A stretch of 62,029 nt of DNA, from contig NMRA01000930.1 in assembly GCA_002633005.1 (NCBI GenBank), positions 33,858-95,886 on the forward strand, in the 5' to 3' direction. Position numbers and translations under genes: made by a program. Within the stretch, counting starts at the first letter, position 1. The number at the start of each line of letters is the position of its first letter. The DNA is from Phoronis australis. Taxonomy: Eukaryota > Animalia > Phoronida. Below are positions 27,725-41,500 of the stretch, piece after piece. The notes under the pieces are model-generated. The model saw only the letters and a list, made by a program, of their open reading frames with translations, had not been told where the DNA came from and ran no database searches.

Positions 27725-28003
27725 GTAAGTCAAACGGCAGATTGCCGAATGAAAACGATTCCAATTAAGCTTGTTGTGTAATAATTGTAACACTAAGATA
27801 TCACATCTCGCGCCCACAAAAGTGAAAAATAACTGAAATCCAACGCAAAAAGATAAGATCATGTTTCATTCTATTTAACATTCATTACAAACGTATTAAT
27901 TATGATTTAAATTTCAGATCCTCTTATATAACCTGAAAAGCATTATACTCTTTCTCTCGTTAAATAGTGGAAATCTCAATTTCATTACTTTTATCCACCA
28001 AAG

Positions 28004-28249
28004 TTCCGTTCATTCCTGACAAAGTTACCATACGAGCAAGCGTTGGGGACAGTGTGACGCTCAGTCTGCCTAGTATAGGTTTCCATTGCCAAAGAAAGAA
28101 ATTGTGGCGCAAAGACGGTGTCCCTATGTCATCCTGGACTGGAATACTTCAACTGAACCTGACGGTAGATATCAGACACACTGGCGTTTACAGTGTTTAC
28201 TGTGAAGGATTTGAATCGTGGTATGCAATGATACGCCTGATAGTGCGAG
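28004..28249 (+). CDS. Tie/TEK-like protein, exon encoding the second Ig-like domain
   Basis: PFIPDKVTIRASVGDSVTL...WRKDG...GVYS...AMIRLIVR parallels Tie2 Ig2 (FLPATLTMTVDKGDNV...GVYS...AFTRLIVR). AG/GT boundaries, phase 1-1. Confidence 0.88.
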
Positions 28250-29235
28250 GTAAAGTATATGCCCTGACGACAATGAATACCACTAATTTGAATGTGTAGA
28301 AAAATCTTACACGTGTACTTTGTGAGCTAAAATCGTATTATGAAAAAAATCATGTCGTATTTAACTCCAGAAGGTTGGCAAATCACTTTTCGTATAATGA
28401 CGTGTAACGCTATTTGGAGAGGCGACCCGTGAACTCCCCCATTTCGCTCTCGAAATATCATCAGCTCTACTCAAAGTTGTACGACTCATCAGAGCATGAA
28501 GGCAATACTTCAAAAGTGGTATGCGAAGTCTCATGCAAGCTAACATGAAATTCACAACTTATAGACATGGTTTTTAAGTTTGCATGAAACTTAAAAGGCT
28601 ACTGTTCTTTTAAGATTCAGCTCCATCTGTACATGAACACCGTTACGAAGTCTGGGTTATTGGTATCTAACTTGTGTTTGAGAGCTCAGAATTAGATTCT
28701 AATAGTATTGAAAACTTTGGTATAGCAAAAAGTATCTCTTTAAGCCAAGCCTTGGGTCTCACCTAGACAACCACCCAGAAGGGTGAAATACACAGTTTGA
28801 AAACGTTAATTGTCACTAATAGGTAATTTTCGATAGAAAATGGAATCATGAAATTAAAGTAAGGAATTCAGCAAGTATTGTGAAAATCTTTTTTGATGTT
28901 CACAACCACGTACCATCTAGTGGGTCATATGTGCTCATTTCTCGAGAAGCATCATCCTTTGATAAATTCTTATTTCATTGTGGTGTTATAAATCTGCGCG
29001 TTGATTTGGTATAATTAAGAATTATTAGCCTTTAAACACGCAAAATATTGGTAGCATCAAATCAAAAAAGGTGTGTCCCCACCTGTGCTAAAACCCGGGA
29101 CTTTTTGCTAGCACTGCAGATGCTCTTGTTAATTAAACTATTGAACCGCGGTCGCAGGCTTAACTACAGGTCACGTGATGTGACCAACATTTTGCGAGTA
29201 AAAGATTGATAATTCTTACTCAATTTGTATTTCAG

Positions 29236-29367
29236 TTTGTCCTCGTGGAACATTTGGTGGCCGATGTCAACATCCGTGTCCAAATTGCGTGAATGGTGGA
29301 GTCTGCCACGATATCACCGGGGAATGTATTTGTCCGCCGGGATTTAATGGGACGACGTGTGAGGAAG
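29236..29367 (+). CDS. Tie/TEK-like protein, EGF-like exon 1 (absent from the ORF track)
   Basis: [43 protein letters not shown], compared with Tie2 [26 protein letters not shown]. ttcag and gtaat boundaries, 132 nt. Confidence 0.92.
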
Positions 29368-31154
29368 GTAATATTTCTTAAACTTACTACCAAGGCCAGG
29401 TCACACGCGAGATACGACCAGGTTACGGTATACTTGCGACTAATATAATGAAGAACTGCAAGATGCTACTGATCACTACTTGAAAAATTGGCCGTATGTT
29501 GTTTTTGGACATGTTCAGAATGCAGCTGCAACCGATGCTTCCGTTACCTGAACAATTTCAGCACATTAGTACACGTAGACTGTTTGGCGTGGCGCTAGTG
29601 ATGCCATCTTTCAGTTTTCTAGGATGGGGTGTGCAAATTATGACCAACAAATCACTGTCGATGGGCCCAAAATATCAACTGTTCTAACAAGTCGTGTATT
29701 CAGTGGGAAATTATTGATAATTCGCTTTTTATCTTCTGGGCCCAATTTTTCACGTTCTAAGAAAACGGTAGGGAGAAACGAGAGTCACAAAATAGCTGAT
29801 TTACACAGTGCAGGTCCAAGGCTTAAGAAACGTAGGTAACATTGGAATTAAAGTTAGTTAAGTTTGAACTGCTACTGATTGTGTGTGCTGGTAAATTTCG
29901 GGGACAGGCACCAGAAGATACAGGCGCATCGTTACATCTTCGGAAGATTTTCCAAATATTGGCCCATATATTTATTTCTGAGTCATAAGTAAATGTTTCT
30001 ACGTTTGCATGGCTTTCCAAAATTGACAGTGGCAGCAGATGTCAATCAAAGCTTTGTGGAAAGGAGGACACGATACTCTCAGTACTTTTTCTTTGCTTGC
30101 ATATGCAAAACAAACTTAGCTAACGGTATCAATGGTGTCATCGTTGGTGCTCATCCATTAAAAGTGGTCTAAACAGTCCTGTTAAATGGGCATATCCCAA
30201 ACCCAAGGGAAACTAGGTCGCAAGCTCGTAGCATAGAGACTGATAGACACATGTTCATGCAGGCGTATCCATTATTCACTTTGTTTTTCTTTCTTATACA
30301 GTAATAAAGATAATGGTACATGTAACCATTTATCGGTAACCCGCTGATGTGCGCCCACAGAACGGCATCCGTGCGACCTGCATTGTTATATGACAAAAAT
30401 TTCAGTGTGATGTAATGGTTTCATTTTTACTTGTTTTGATCAATGATCTCGATAGCCAAAACTTAACTTTCACAACCAGCTTTAACACCCACACGTGTAT
30501 AGTACACACACTATAATCAATTTACAGGTGGGAAACTAAAGTGTCCTATCCATCTAGCTCGATGTCGACCAAGACCAAAGGTTCCGTTGTATAAATTTCT
30601 TGTGTAATAAATACTGCACTGATGTGTTTTCTATGTTTTGCAAGTCAGAGTTTCCATGAGTATTAGATAATGAAACACTTACATGTAAGTTCACCGATAG
30701 CTTACGTAAAATAAGTTGACATTTTCGTAGTCTGTATTTCAAATTCATAGCACCACTGCAATTACCCCTTTTGAAATCCTGGATCTGCTAGTGGTTTACA
30801 CCTGATGCCCAGATTAACCAATGTCATTCCTAGCCCTTTGTAGTATTTTTATGTACATCTCGAATTCATATTGTGTTAGTGATGTCCTATAATCACGGTT
30901 GGAATCTTCAGGTCCATTCTCACAGCCCCGGTGATAATTGTAAATACAACTGGCTGAAACGTTGCTTCAAGAACTGTTGAGTGGAGGTTGGCGAAAACAC
31001 TCCTGTAGAAATAGCAATAGCCAATATACGTTTTCTGTGCATTGAGTAGTTAGCCAAAAATGTAAGATTTCTCAAAGTTACACGCTTGGGCGCGCCCTAA
31101 AATATTGACTTGGCACTGCGTAATGAGTGCAACATGTTCAACAGAAGGTTCAGG

Positions 31155-31749
31155 TATTCTGTGAAAGTCACAAAAATATCTAGTTCCGAATGAGTTTCAT
31201 CATGTTCCAGAGCCCTTTCATTATGCCTGAAGGGCGTGAGCCAAGCATCGTCGCAGGCCCCTCCAAGTCAGCTTCAGGGACCTGTAACTCCTCCAAAATT
31301 GCACTGAGATCCGAATCGATAGAATCTGCATTATTGTGACTGTTGTGTTAGTTTCCCCGTCACTTTTGAGTGGCAATTCCAGCTAGTTTTCGCTGAGTCC
31401 ATGAACACTTCCTCAAGAAACTGGTCAATAGTCACCTTACCACGTTTGGCACCAGCCAAGATAAAACTTGCGTAAACTTTCAAATATCTCGGAAACAAAT
31501 AACCACAGCCATATGTTGTAAATCAGAAAAATGTACTGGAAACTATGAACTGTGGAATGCGCATGCTCACATATATAAACAGCATACGGGGTTTTCACAA
31601 TTTCTGAATGAAAAACACCAGTGTCCTGGTGTGAGTACATTCTCCTAGCACAGCCTAGCCATAGTTAATTATAGGCGATTGAGTACACCCGACGCATTTT
31701 AATAGGATAATAGGCTTGTCGGTTGACCTCGTCTAGTGCAGGATAAGGG
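31155..31749 (-). mobile_element. piggyBac-like fragment, copy 2, carrying the opposite TIR
   Basis: Direct repeat of 24818-25324 that extends to GCAGGATAAGGG (31738-31749), the reverse complement of the terminus at 24270. No TTAA follows it. Confidence 0.65.
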
Positions 31750-33859
31750 AGCACTAGCCGCAAGAACGTTAATGTAATTCAGATTTCGAGCTTTGAAAAA
31801 TCTTAACGATCTTGTTGACATCGTTTTTTGTTACTCATAAATGTTTAGAACTTTGTTGGTTTGTTAATGGGAGCGTGACAGTAATGGCGAACAGGACGAC
31901 CTATATCAGCAAAGTGAGTGGTTTCACTCAGAGCATGCACGACTCACATGTCGCTGTCCACAAATGTTTTAATATATATGTACTCTACAAAGGCTCAGCT
32001 TCCACATGTAGTATGTTACTTTTCTGAGTGGTTCCGAAGCCATAAACTAGCCACATATTTCGAGGGGGGAGTTTTCTGTGAAGAAGTTAGGTATTTTAAA
32101 TAAAATTATTTTAGGTGTTGACCATTCCACCTAAGAGTAAAACTAAGCTATATTTCAAAAAAATCCGTGACATATCATGTTCCCGCATCTGCCTGACTTT
32201 CTCATACAGTGACTCTTAATAAAAAAACTTTTCCCACACATGTCCAGCAACTCAGATTAGCCTTTCGATTGAACAAGTCGCGAAATTTTGAGGTCTTTTT
32301 GGAGTTAAATTCTATTTCAAAAACTCTGGCTTTTACAGTACTTTTTAGATTCGCAATAAACTTGGCTCTCGCATTGAAAAAGGCAAACTTCACAATAATA
32401 GGCCTCGGTTTAAGTTAGTCGAGGTTGAAGACTCGGGGTGTGCGCCAAGGCCATGATTAAGACTAATGTCCGTGATATCAATATCTGCTCTCTCACGCCT
32501 AGCAAGAGAAAGTACAATCCGTGCTCTCAGCTATTTTCTCTTCATAACCGCTTACTATTAGACTTTTTTCGAAGACCGAAAGCTTGTCATTCATGAAGCA
32601 TAACTTCAAGGTTTTCATCCCGAGCTCAAAATGACTCTTCTCGGCGGCAGCCTAATTTCACAAAATGTCAATCTCACGGGCTTTTAGCCGCACACAAATG
32701 GCAGTAAATTGAGCAGAGATGAACTACCGTAGGAGTTCCGTTGACTTCGCGATCTACGAGCGCGACTTTTATTCCTTGCTAATGTCGAATCCAGACTTTG
32801 GCCCGGGACCTGTGCCAGCTGCGGTCTTTCTTGACGACAGAGGTGTAAGTGTAGTCTGTTTCAATGGCTTGGCATTCGGTGTAGAAGCCATTATTTCATC
32901 ACTGTCCTTACTAGCTCGTCGTTTGTAGGCTATATCCAGATTGACCCTTCGAAGAACACAAATTCCTTTCGAAAGGGTGGAAACTTCCTCTGTTACAATA
33001 CACTTGTTTTCTCGGCAATACCCGGTAGCTCATAGTAAATTATGAAAAATATGTCTTGCTATACAGAATAAGGAGACATGCTTTACTTCATGAGAGACAT
33101 TAACTGGTGATCACGTTGAATTGTGTTTCAGTGGCAGAGAACAACTTTGAATAATGCAATTTAGTCTGCATTTCGCGCTCCAGGCCTTTTTAAAAGTGGT
33201 AGATGAAGTCGGTCTTCTCAAAAGGCGTAACTTAACTCGCCCAAAGACAGATTTGGTAGCCATTGTGATTTAGCATATTTCATAATGAATTTTTAAACTT
33301 GTTCCACACTGTTGATGATTGAAGTTAGTATTACGGCATGATATTGTTTCATGATCGGGTCCCAGTTTTGAAGAGCTCAAAGGGGATATTGTTTCGAAAG
33401 ACCATAATTGTTTGGGAAAAAGACCGCTTCACCTTAATTTAGCTTCGAAAGTCACGATGCCGTAATTCATATGCTAATAATCAGTGTACTCATCTTTGAT
33501 ACACCGGAATATTAGTCGCCAATGAGAAAATAGACGTGTCGATAAACGTGATATCGCAAAGTTCGCGTCGATCAGGTAGAGAGCTTACATCACATTTTGG
33601 TACCGCACACTTGCACTTTTGGGATTGAGGGCGCACCATTTTCTAGCATAGCAATGCATTGGATCTAGGTACAAATAGTAAAAAAGTGTGTAGGTGACCT
33701 GATGCCATTTACGTTGCATCAGACGTTTGGGTCCATTGCACAAAACACCTGAGCTAAAAACACGAGAACACCATTGTGGATCTTAGGGAAGGAAGTTCTC
33801 TAGACTGTCGGTCTCGTTTAAGATAACAGACAGACATTTGCATGTTTATGTTGTAGGCA

Positions 33860-34077
33860 CGTAACAGTGCCATCCAGTAGGTTGGTCCTTAGCTTATGAA
33901 AAGCTGGGCCTTAACCAGATTTTTAGGGGTTTCAACGTCAGTACCACACTCGGGGCACACTGGGCTTCCCATACGATTATGCACAATAATGTATCTGTGT
34001 CGGGATGGGTAACAGTGGCCCGTCAAAATTTGAATGGCGTATCTTATGCCTAATCTATAAAGACTCAAAAGGTTCAA
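33860..34077 (-). pseudogene. Non-LTR retrotransposon ORF2 C-terminal zinc-knuckle fragment (I/LOA/R1-like)
   Basis: ILTGHC...H...SPVCPECG...VETPKNL, then PAFHKLR after a frameshift, fits the LTGH...C-x2-C...ET-x2-H...CP motif. Confidence 0.6.
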
Positions 34078-35422
34078 AAACGTTCAGAAATTTTCCTTGG
34101 TTTCCCTGAAGCGGTTAAGCGATGCTCACTGGGCTGCTTGCTAGATAAGTCCGTGGGTTTAGGGCATACTGGACCGTGAATTTCGCGTCGATCAGTACTG
34201 CAAGGGTCAATACTATGAAAATGAAATCCCCAGAGTGATAGCACTTCGCGGTGTAACAACTCACCCACTAATCCATCATCATGGGCGCGTGATAGGAGAC
34301 CGGTGAATAACTTAAAAAACGCAAAAAGATGCAGTTTGGCGTTACACAATCAACTGTGGGCGAAGACTGCGAAAAATAGCTGCATGCACAAAATGACTAC
34401 AGCGTTATATTGACCGGGAAGCAACCAATCTAATACAACTTGTTAACGTCACGAGTCAAATTAAAGATCAAATGTAAAGAAAACTTTCACGTTTTTCATC
34501 CAAAACTTGTTGCATTGTCCATAATCCACTGTTTACTATTACCGCTTGCCTTCAACCTTCGAATTAGTGGTGTTACACAACCGACGTGAACTCGTGTAAC
34601 CGAGACAGGTTAATGTATTTGTCCCTGTGCTAAGACGAATATGCATCGACACGCGAAGTGGTATCAGCCTGACAATCTATTACGCAACTGCTCCTCTAGC
34701 CTAAAAATAACAGCCGACCAGCTGGTCGGCTGATGGCCGGTCGGCTGAAGAGTCTCCTGGGGAGTCGCCTTATGAGTCGGCACTGCGGGCGGCTGCCGGT
34801 CGACGGCCAGTCGTCGACCAATTTCCGACCGGGCGGACAAAAATTCGTGTTGTGTGCTGTACCCAGTTGCGTACATGTATACTTATCTTGCAGCATCTGT
34901 AGGTAATGGGATTGCAGGTTAGGTACATAATGCAGAACCCTGGCTCATATGTTTGCAAATCATTGCCGTAAATTTCCACATCGCCCTGACCCAGTGTATT
35001 GGAGATTCTTCCAACTGCAAGCTTGTTGATCTCATTATATCAAGCAATAACACGACCAGAGTAGACCTTTGATTCCTTTAGTACTCTTATTGCTACCTGG
35101 CTATCTGAAAAGATGCTAATTAGCTGATTGCTAGGTTGGTGTCATATTGTCGCGCTAGTTGAGCAGCTCTGTTAATTGCAGTGACCTCTGCCTGGAACAC
35201 CGTGGCAAGATTGCCAATAGTTAGTGCAAATCAGATGGTTTTGTCACTCACAACAAGTTATTTGTTTTAGGTACATGAGATCCAAAAGTGCACTATACAA
35301 TTGCATGTTTACGTGAAAATGAAATATATTCCCAAATGCTACGATATACATGTAACTGGGATTGGTAAAGTGTTATTTTATCGGTGTACAGTTTATGTTT
35401 CCTTCAATGTATTTATTTGTAG

Positions 35423-35572
35423 CATGTGACTCTAACCATTTTGGTAAAGAATGCACGGCAGTCTGCGACGTGAAACAGCCAGAAAATGGTTGCAAGGCCA
35501 AGACCATCTGCACGCTTGACCCTTACGGATGTTCTTGTGCGGCAGGCTTCCATGGATTCAATTGTGACCAAG
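35423..35572 (+). CDS. Tie/TEK-like protein, EGF-like exon 2
   Basis: CDSNHFGKECTAVCDVKQPENGCKAKTICTLDPYGCSCAAGFHGFNCDQ contains the Tie-characteristic C-x-x-DPYGCSCA motif. tag and gtacg boundaries, phase 1-1. Confidence 0.92.
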
Positions 35573-35958
35573 GTACGAGTGATATGCAGCATGGGAAACA
35601 AAAACTATGGTTTCAACGAAATAATATCCTTCATCAGACCAGACAGAGCTTGGTTCCCTCATTTAAGCGATTCAATTGCCACGATCTCAGTTTCACGAAC
35701 CACACAGCAACAGTATTCATCATATATTCATCGAATTAATGCGTTGGTAAAAACTAAACTGGTTGGTGATAATTACAGTTTATTAAGAAAATGCATTCAT
35801 TAACCATACTTAAAATTAAAGTTTGAAGTAGGACTCGTACCACTCTCGTGACTGTACTGGTAGCTCCTTGTAACTGTAGAGTTCGGGTGTAAAATCGCAA
35901 GAAAATGAAATGTGGTACACGGTAAAATGGTTTATAAGAACAAAACTGCATCTCTTAA

Positions 35959-37294
35959 AGGCGAAGGCAACCTTTTTTCATGTCATTTTTAGCAAAAATA
36001 AGGTTCATTGATTATCAAAGACATATTTTTCACTTATTCACTGCTTTTCGTAATTTAATTAATTACTCGTCGTCTACTCCGGAAGTGACGTTTTGGGAGG
36101 CAAGAATTTCGCGCCAATTTCTTTTCATGTAGTCTAACTGTGAGAGCAGTCGAGTCAGTCATTGTTCTACCTCGGTTGTGATCAGTTCGGTCGTCGTTTG
36201 CTTTTGCTTACGAGTCAGTCAACATGCCACGCTGTTGCTGCGTACTGGGGTGTACTCATTATCGTCTCACGTACAGACGAAGAACTGTCCCACTTGCCCG
36301 AGTGTCCCGCGACACACTCCCACAGGAGGGTGATCTGAGCATCCAAACTGCTTACATCCCGCCGTGTGACTCCCTAGCCACACACCTGGCACCTTCTAAA
36401 TAGCTCCAATACAAGTCCACAATAAACTTATCAAACTTAGGCTCACCGATCTGTTCATTGGATGACGAACTGTCCTCTTCACTAGGTGTCGAACTGGGCC
36501 TATATTCACTCCCACTACTCAACATCACTGCAGGGCTGCTTACAGGCTATGGGCTAGAGACAACAGCACAGAGCGAATCACTGCTAGTTCCCGGAATTGC
36601 ACGCAATGGGGTAGGCCTACGTTCGGAGGCACGGGTGACAGTAGATGAAGTGCCTACAGTCATTGTATATAGTGGCCACAGCTCGCGAGGCTTCTCGCTT
36701 CAAAAACGCACTTCTCGGGGTTGGCGACGGGGCATGGCCGGGAATCAACGACGGTATGGTACCCTTCTTCAGGCGTTGTTTCGCAGGGAACTTCATCAAT
36801 TCAGTTTACATTTCTCTGTCGTAATCTGACGGCAGAAAATGCTTGCCACACACTCGGTAACCCTCCACTGCTTCGTACGTTGCGTGGACGGGTAGCGCTG
36901 CGTTCTTCACATGAACGAGCTAGCCAACTACGGCGAAGTGTGTCATCCTTCGGAAAGCGACGCAAGGTACCCAAAGCGCTTGTGAGACGATAATGAGTAC
37001 ATCCCAGCACGCAGCAACATCGTGGCATGTTGACTGACTTGTAAACAAAAGCAAACGACGACCGAACTTATCACAACCGAGGTAGAACAATGACTGACTC
37101 GACAGCTATCACAGTCAGACTATAATGAAAAGAAATTGGCGCGAAACTCTTGCCTCCCAAAACGTCACTTCCACAGTAGAGGACGAGAAGTTAATCAAAT
37201 TACGAAAAGCTGTAATTAAGTGAAAATTGTGTCTGGGATAATCAACGAATCTTATTTTTGCTAAAAATGATATGAAAAAAGGTTGCCTTCGCCT
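35959..37294 (-). mobile_element. Kolobok-like non-autonomous DNA transposon with about 310 bp inverted ends
   Basis: TTAA|AGGCGAAGGCAACC ... GGTTGCCTTCGCCT|TTAA. 35959-36270 is inverted to about 36985-37294, and a THAP remnant lies inside. Confidence 0.8.
36617..37028 (-). pseudogene. THAP zinc-finger N-terminus of a Kolobok-like transposase, disrupted
   Basis: MPRCCCVLGC...RRFPKDDTLRRSW, then a frameshift to YRVCGKHFLPSDY, a stop, and RLKKGTIPSL. This gives the C2CH core plus an AVPT-like box. Confidence 0.8.
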
Positions 37295-38518
37295 TTAAGC
37301 AATAAATTCATTGTGTTTATGCAGGAACTGTAGAGAAATCCCAAACATTTGGCCAACACAAAATCATATCTCAAAAACTGTCTGATCGGATTCATATAAA
37401 ACTTTCAGATACTATACTTTATGTATTGTCCTCCAACATTTTGTTAGGGATTATTTTTAAATGATCCACCATTGGTAGATTATGAGCTTTATGAAAAACA
37501 TACGGAAACGAAATGATAATTGAGAAAACTATAGCAGCTTATTTGGTATTCCGTTTTGATGAATCATGTCAAGCAAAATTTGATCAAATTATTGCTGTCG
37601 CTGTTTTGTTATGACAAAAACATGGTAGTCACGTGACGTAATACGAGCCAACCTCCCGTTCAGCAACCCTAGTACCTAAAGACGAGATTTCGAGAGATTA
37701 CGTGAGACATTGACTTTTATTTTGAATGTGAGCCCGCGACTTAGACTACATTTTTAGCTAGTTGCTATTGTTACTGTACGCACACCAGGCTGGTTAAAGC
37801 TCTACAGATTTTCCTCTTCCGGAAAATACATTTTCACACGGATTTAAATAGCGGTGTACTATGTAGATGTTTGTCTAATTGCACAGACTCGTTGGTACAG
37901 TACGGTTCCACACATCATAATGTAAGAAAATTGTTCAAGAGCTCTCACCATCCATGTCTCAAAAAGAAGAGATCTATTAGCCTTTTGGTGAGAAACGAGC
38001 CAAAAATAAAAAATATTTATTTTTCTTTTTCGGGGGTGTACGTACATGTATTAGGTTAAAGACCGCCTGCCGCATTGTTGTTTCTACTGAGAAGTTTTGA
38101 GGAAAGTCCGGGCAGAGCCGTCTTTTTCCGGATATGACAAAGCTTTTTTGTGGAGGCTGTAGTAACGGTAACTTCTGTTCAATTTTCATAAAGACTTGAA
38201 TGTTACATGAAAATGGCATCGGTTTGTGGGCCGTACGAGAGTGTGGAATGTCAGTGTGGAACATGGGGTTTGGTCGGTAACCAACCTTTCTTCGTCAAAT
38301 CTCAAGAAAACCATGTTTCGACCAAACACATAAGTGATGTTACGATGAAAGACTTGCCACCTTGTAAGTGTATTTGCAAATTTTATAAATAACAAACAAC
38401 AAACAATCTGCTTCCATTCTTGAGCGAGTGATGCCAGGCCCTCATTCCCGGCCCAAATCGCGAGGACTGTATGCCTATTAGCATTGTGTTTTAACCGTGC
38501 TCATTCTATCACGGCTAT

Positions 38519-41500
38519 AGACTTAACTCACGCGGCGGACATTAAAATCCAAAGCGAGGCTCACTGCGATTGGCCGGACTTTCGAGTCCAACCTGGTTAT
38601 TAAATCTTAAAAATGTGTCAATAATTAACCGCAGAGACGTAGAAAAATACATTAGAGAACAAGTCTATGCACCAAAGAGTTGTCTGACGAAAGAGTATAA
38701 GTTTTTTTCGGAAAACTAGGTTCGAAACATGAAATATAAATATGACCAAACTGCGGCGATCGTCATGACGGTAGTGTCACGGATTACGTATTATACTGAA
38801 TGCAGGTTATTGTTGATAAAAATGCTTTCTACACAAACCAGGTCATCTGATTGTCGACGAGTTGAAGATATGTTCGACAGTGGTGGCTCATCGCATTTTG
38901 CTGTCATGTGCAATTAGTCACATCTGGTTTAATTTGTTGATCAAAAGTATTAACGTCAAGCATTTAGTCTTTGTCCTGGTGAGATAGGACTACTGGGACT
39001 AACAAGTGAATTGTCATTGATCTGAAAGAATAACTGATGTTATTAATTATATTTATTTATTTATGAAACTAAAAAACCAGGCTCGTAATTGAAAATAAAA
39101 ATTATTTGACTATATTTTAATGAAAAAAAAAAACTAAAAACGAGCACAGCCTCAGAAATCGCTTTCGTATTATATCCAGGTTCTCATTCACTCCCTTGCA
39201 CACATTCACAAGTAATTATTTGACAACCAGTTCTGCTTTCTTGGTTTTAATACTTCTTATAAAATTTCAAATAACAATCAAGACCAAGTTGAATTTTAAA
39301 ATTAAAACACCCAACTCGTTCGTCCAAAGCGTAACCTTGTTTTTGAGCTCGATTTCAGTTAATTTCACAGACCAAGCATAGTTATCCTGTTTCTTCAGGG
39401 GCCTCGCTCATCCGGTGAAATTTGATTGTGTGTCTTCAATCCGTTAGAGGGACAGTTTTTCGCCGAGTGAGGCGAAAAATTAACCTCCCGATCATCATCA
39501 ATAGCACACCTGCCCTGTGCTCTTTTAAATGGTCACCTGTGTGGATACAGAACTTCTCAGAGAACTTTTCAATCACTAGGGGAATTTTTAGGGCCACGTG
39601 GGGGGAATTTCGGGGGATTTTTCAATATTTTTTGAGAGGGAAATAGGGCCTATATTCGGCCCCAAAATCGAGGGATTGAGGCACCTGTTTTTTTTGGAAA
39701 GAAACATGCATCATCTTTCAACCCTCAGTCATGAAAACACTGCCTGGCTGACCAAGGCGGGTATTATGAACAACACGATAACATTCATGAGACTAGCCAA
39801 CAAATCAGTAAGAAATAACCTGCAGTCTTGTTCACTCACCCGGTAAACTGGCAACAGTGCGAGAGCGCTCGGAGGAGCGACACTTGGCGAAATTACGTGA
39901 AAACATGACGATGGGGAGGACGACGACGACGATCATGACGATGAAGGCGGATATTATGAACAACACGATAACATTCATATGACTAGCCAACAAATCAGTA
40001 AGAAATAGCCTGCAGTCTTGTTCACGCACCTGGTAAACTGCTAACAGTGCGAGAGCACTGGGAGGAGCGACACTTGGCAAAATTACACGAAAACAGGATG
40101 ATGGGGAGGGCGACGACGACTATTATGACGATGAAGGCGGCGATTATGAACAACACGATAACATTCATGTGACTAGCGAAGAAATCAATAAGAAGTAGGC
40201 TGCAGTCTTGTTCAATAGCCGGTAAACTGACAACAGTGCGAGAGCGCTCGGAGGAGCGACACTTGGCGAAGTTAACCGAAAAGACGACGATGGAGATGAC
40301 GACGACGATGACGATTATGAGAATGATAGTGGGGATTATGAGCAACACGATAACATTCATATGATAAGCGAAGATGTCAGAAATCAGTCAGAAATAGGCT
40401 ACTGTCTTGTTCAGTAAACCAACCACTCAGCAGCAAATCGGTCAACAAAGGAACAGCGTTATCAGAAAATCTGAATAATTCGAAAAGTGAGGACGTCCTA
40501 ACGAAAAATGAAAAACATCTTATGAAAGCCCGTTTAAAACTCTATCGAAATGTAAAGATTTCAGATCGGTTAATAAACATGGCAAGAAAATCCCGGCACA
40601 CAAACCTATTAGCAAAAAACGCCAAATTTGAGAATTTTCTCCCCGAAATCCCTGCAAGTATTAGAAAAAAGTCTGACTACAGATTCAAAATGCTCGTCCT
40701 CACAGGATTCTAACTATGTGGTCATAGTAAGCCTCTTACCAGCTACTTTTTTGGCAAACTTGATTTGTCTGACAGCCACCTGAAATCGGACAGCAGACGA
40801 CAGGGGTTGATAGCAAATGACAGCCACCAGTTTACATCAAAAGTATGTAGCACTTGGCTTTTCTCATACAAAAAACACAAGTAAATAAGTTTCCTTGCAA
40901 TTTTTGTCAACAATTTCCTCAAACGACCCGCCAAAACTGACTCACGCCCTCAACATAAATTCTATGGGCTAGAAAATGCTCCGTGGCCGCGGCCTGACTG
41001 TTCAGTGCTACCTACAGTGTTGAGCTATAATAGGCAAAATTAACGACGATGATGATTGCGATGATGCAGGTTGCGACGATGAACAACATCATAACATTCA
41101 TACGACGAACTTAAATGTCATAGATTAGTAAGAAATAAGCTACAGTCTTGTTCAAATAAACTAAACCGACATCAGTGCAGTAAGAGAGCTCAACAAAGGA
41201 ACAGCGCTATCAGGAAATTTCTAATAATTCGAGAACTAGACGTCCTAGCGAAAAATGGAAAACATCTTTTGAAAGCCCGTTCCAAACTCTATCTAAATTG
41301 ATAGTTTCGCTGAATTCCATATTTTTTTCGAAAAAATTGAAATCTCGCGTTTTTTTTGAAATTCAAAGTCAAATAACTCGAAAACGATAAGACTGAGAAA
41401 AACGTTATCACAGAACTTTTGAAAGAGCATTCTTCAAGAAATCCACATGCAAACGTTCACGTCATTTGCTCTTCCCGTTAAAAACTTAAAAATGCGACCA

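Noticed and set aside
39832-40360. Hydrophobic repeated ORFs resembling membrane proteins
   Set aside because: They are antisense translations of the GAC/GAT-rich 190 bp tandem repeat.
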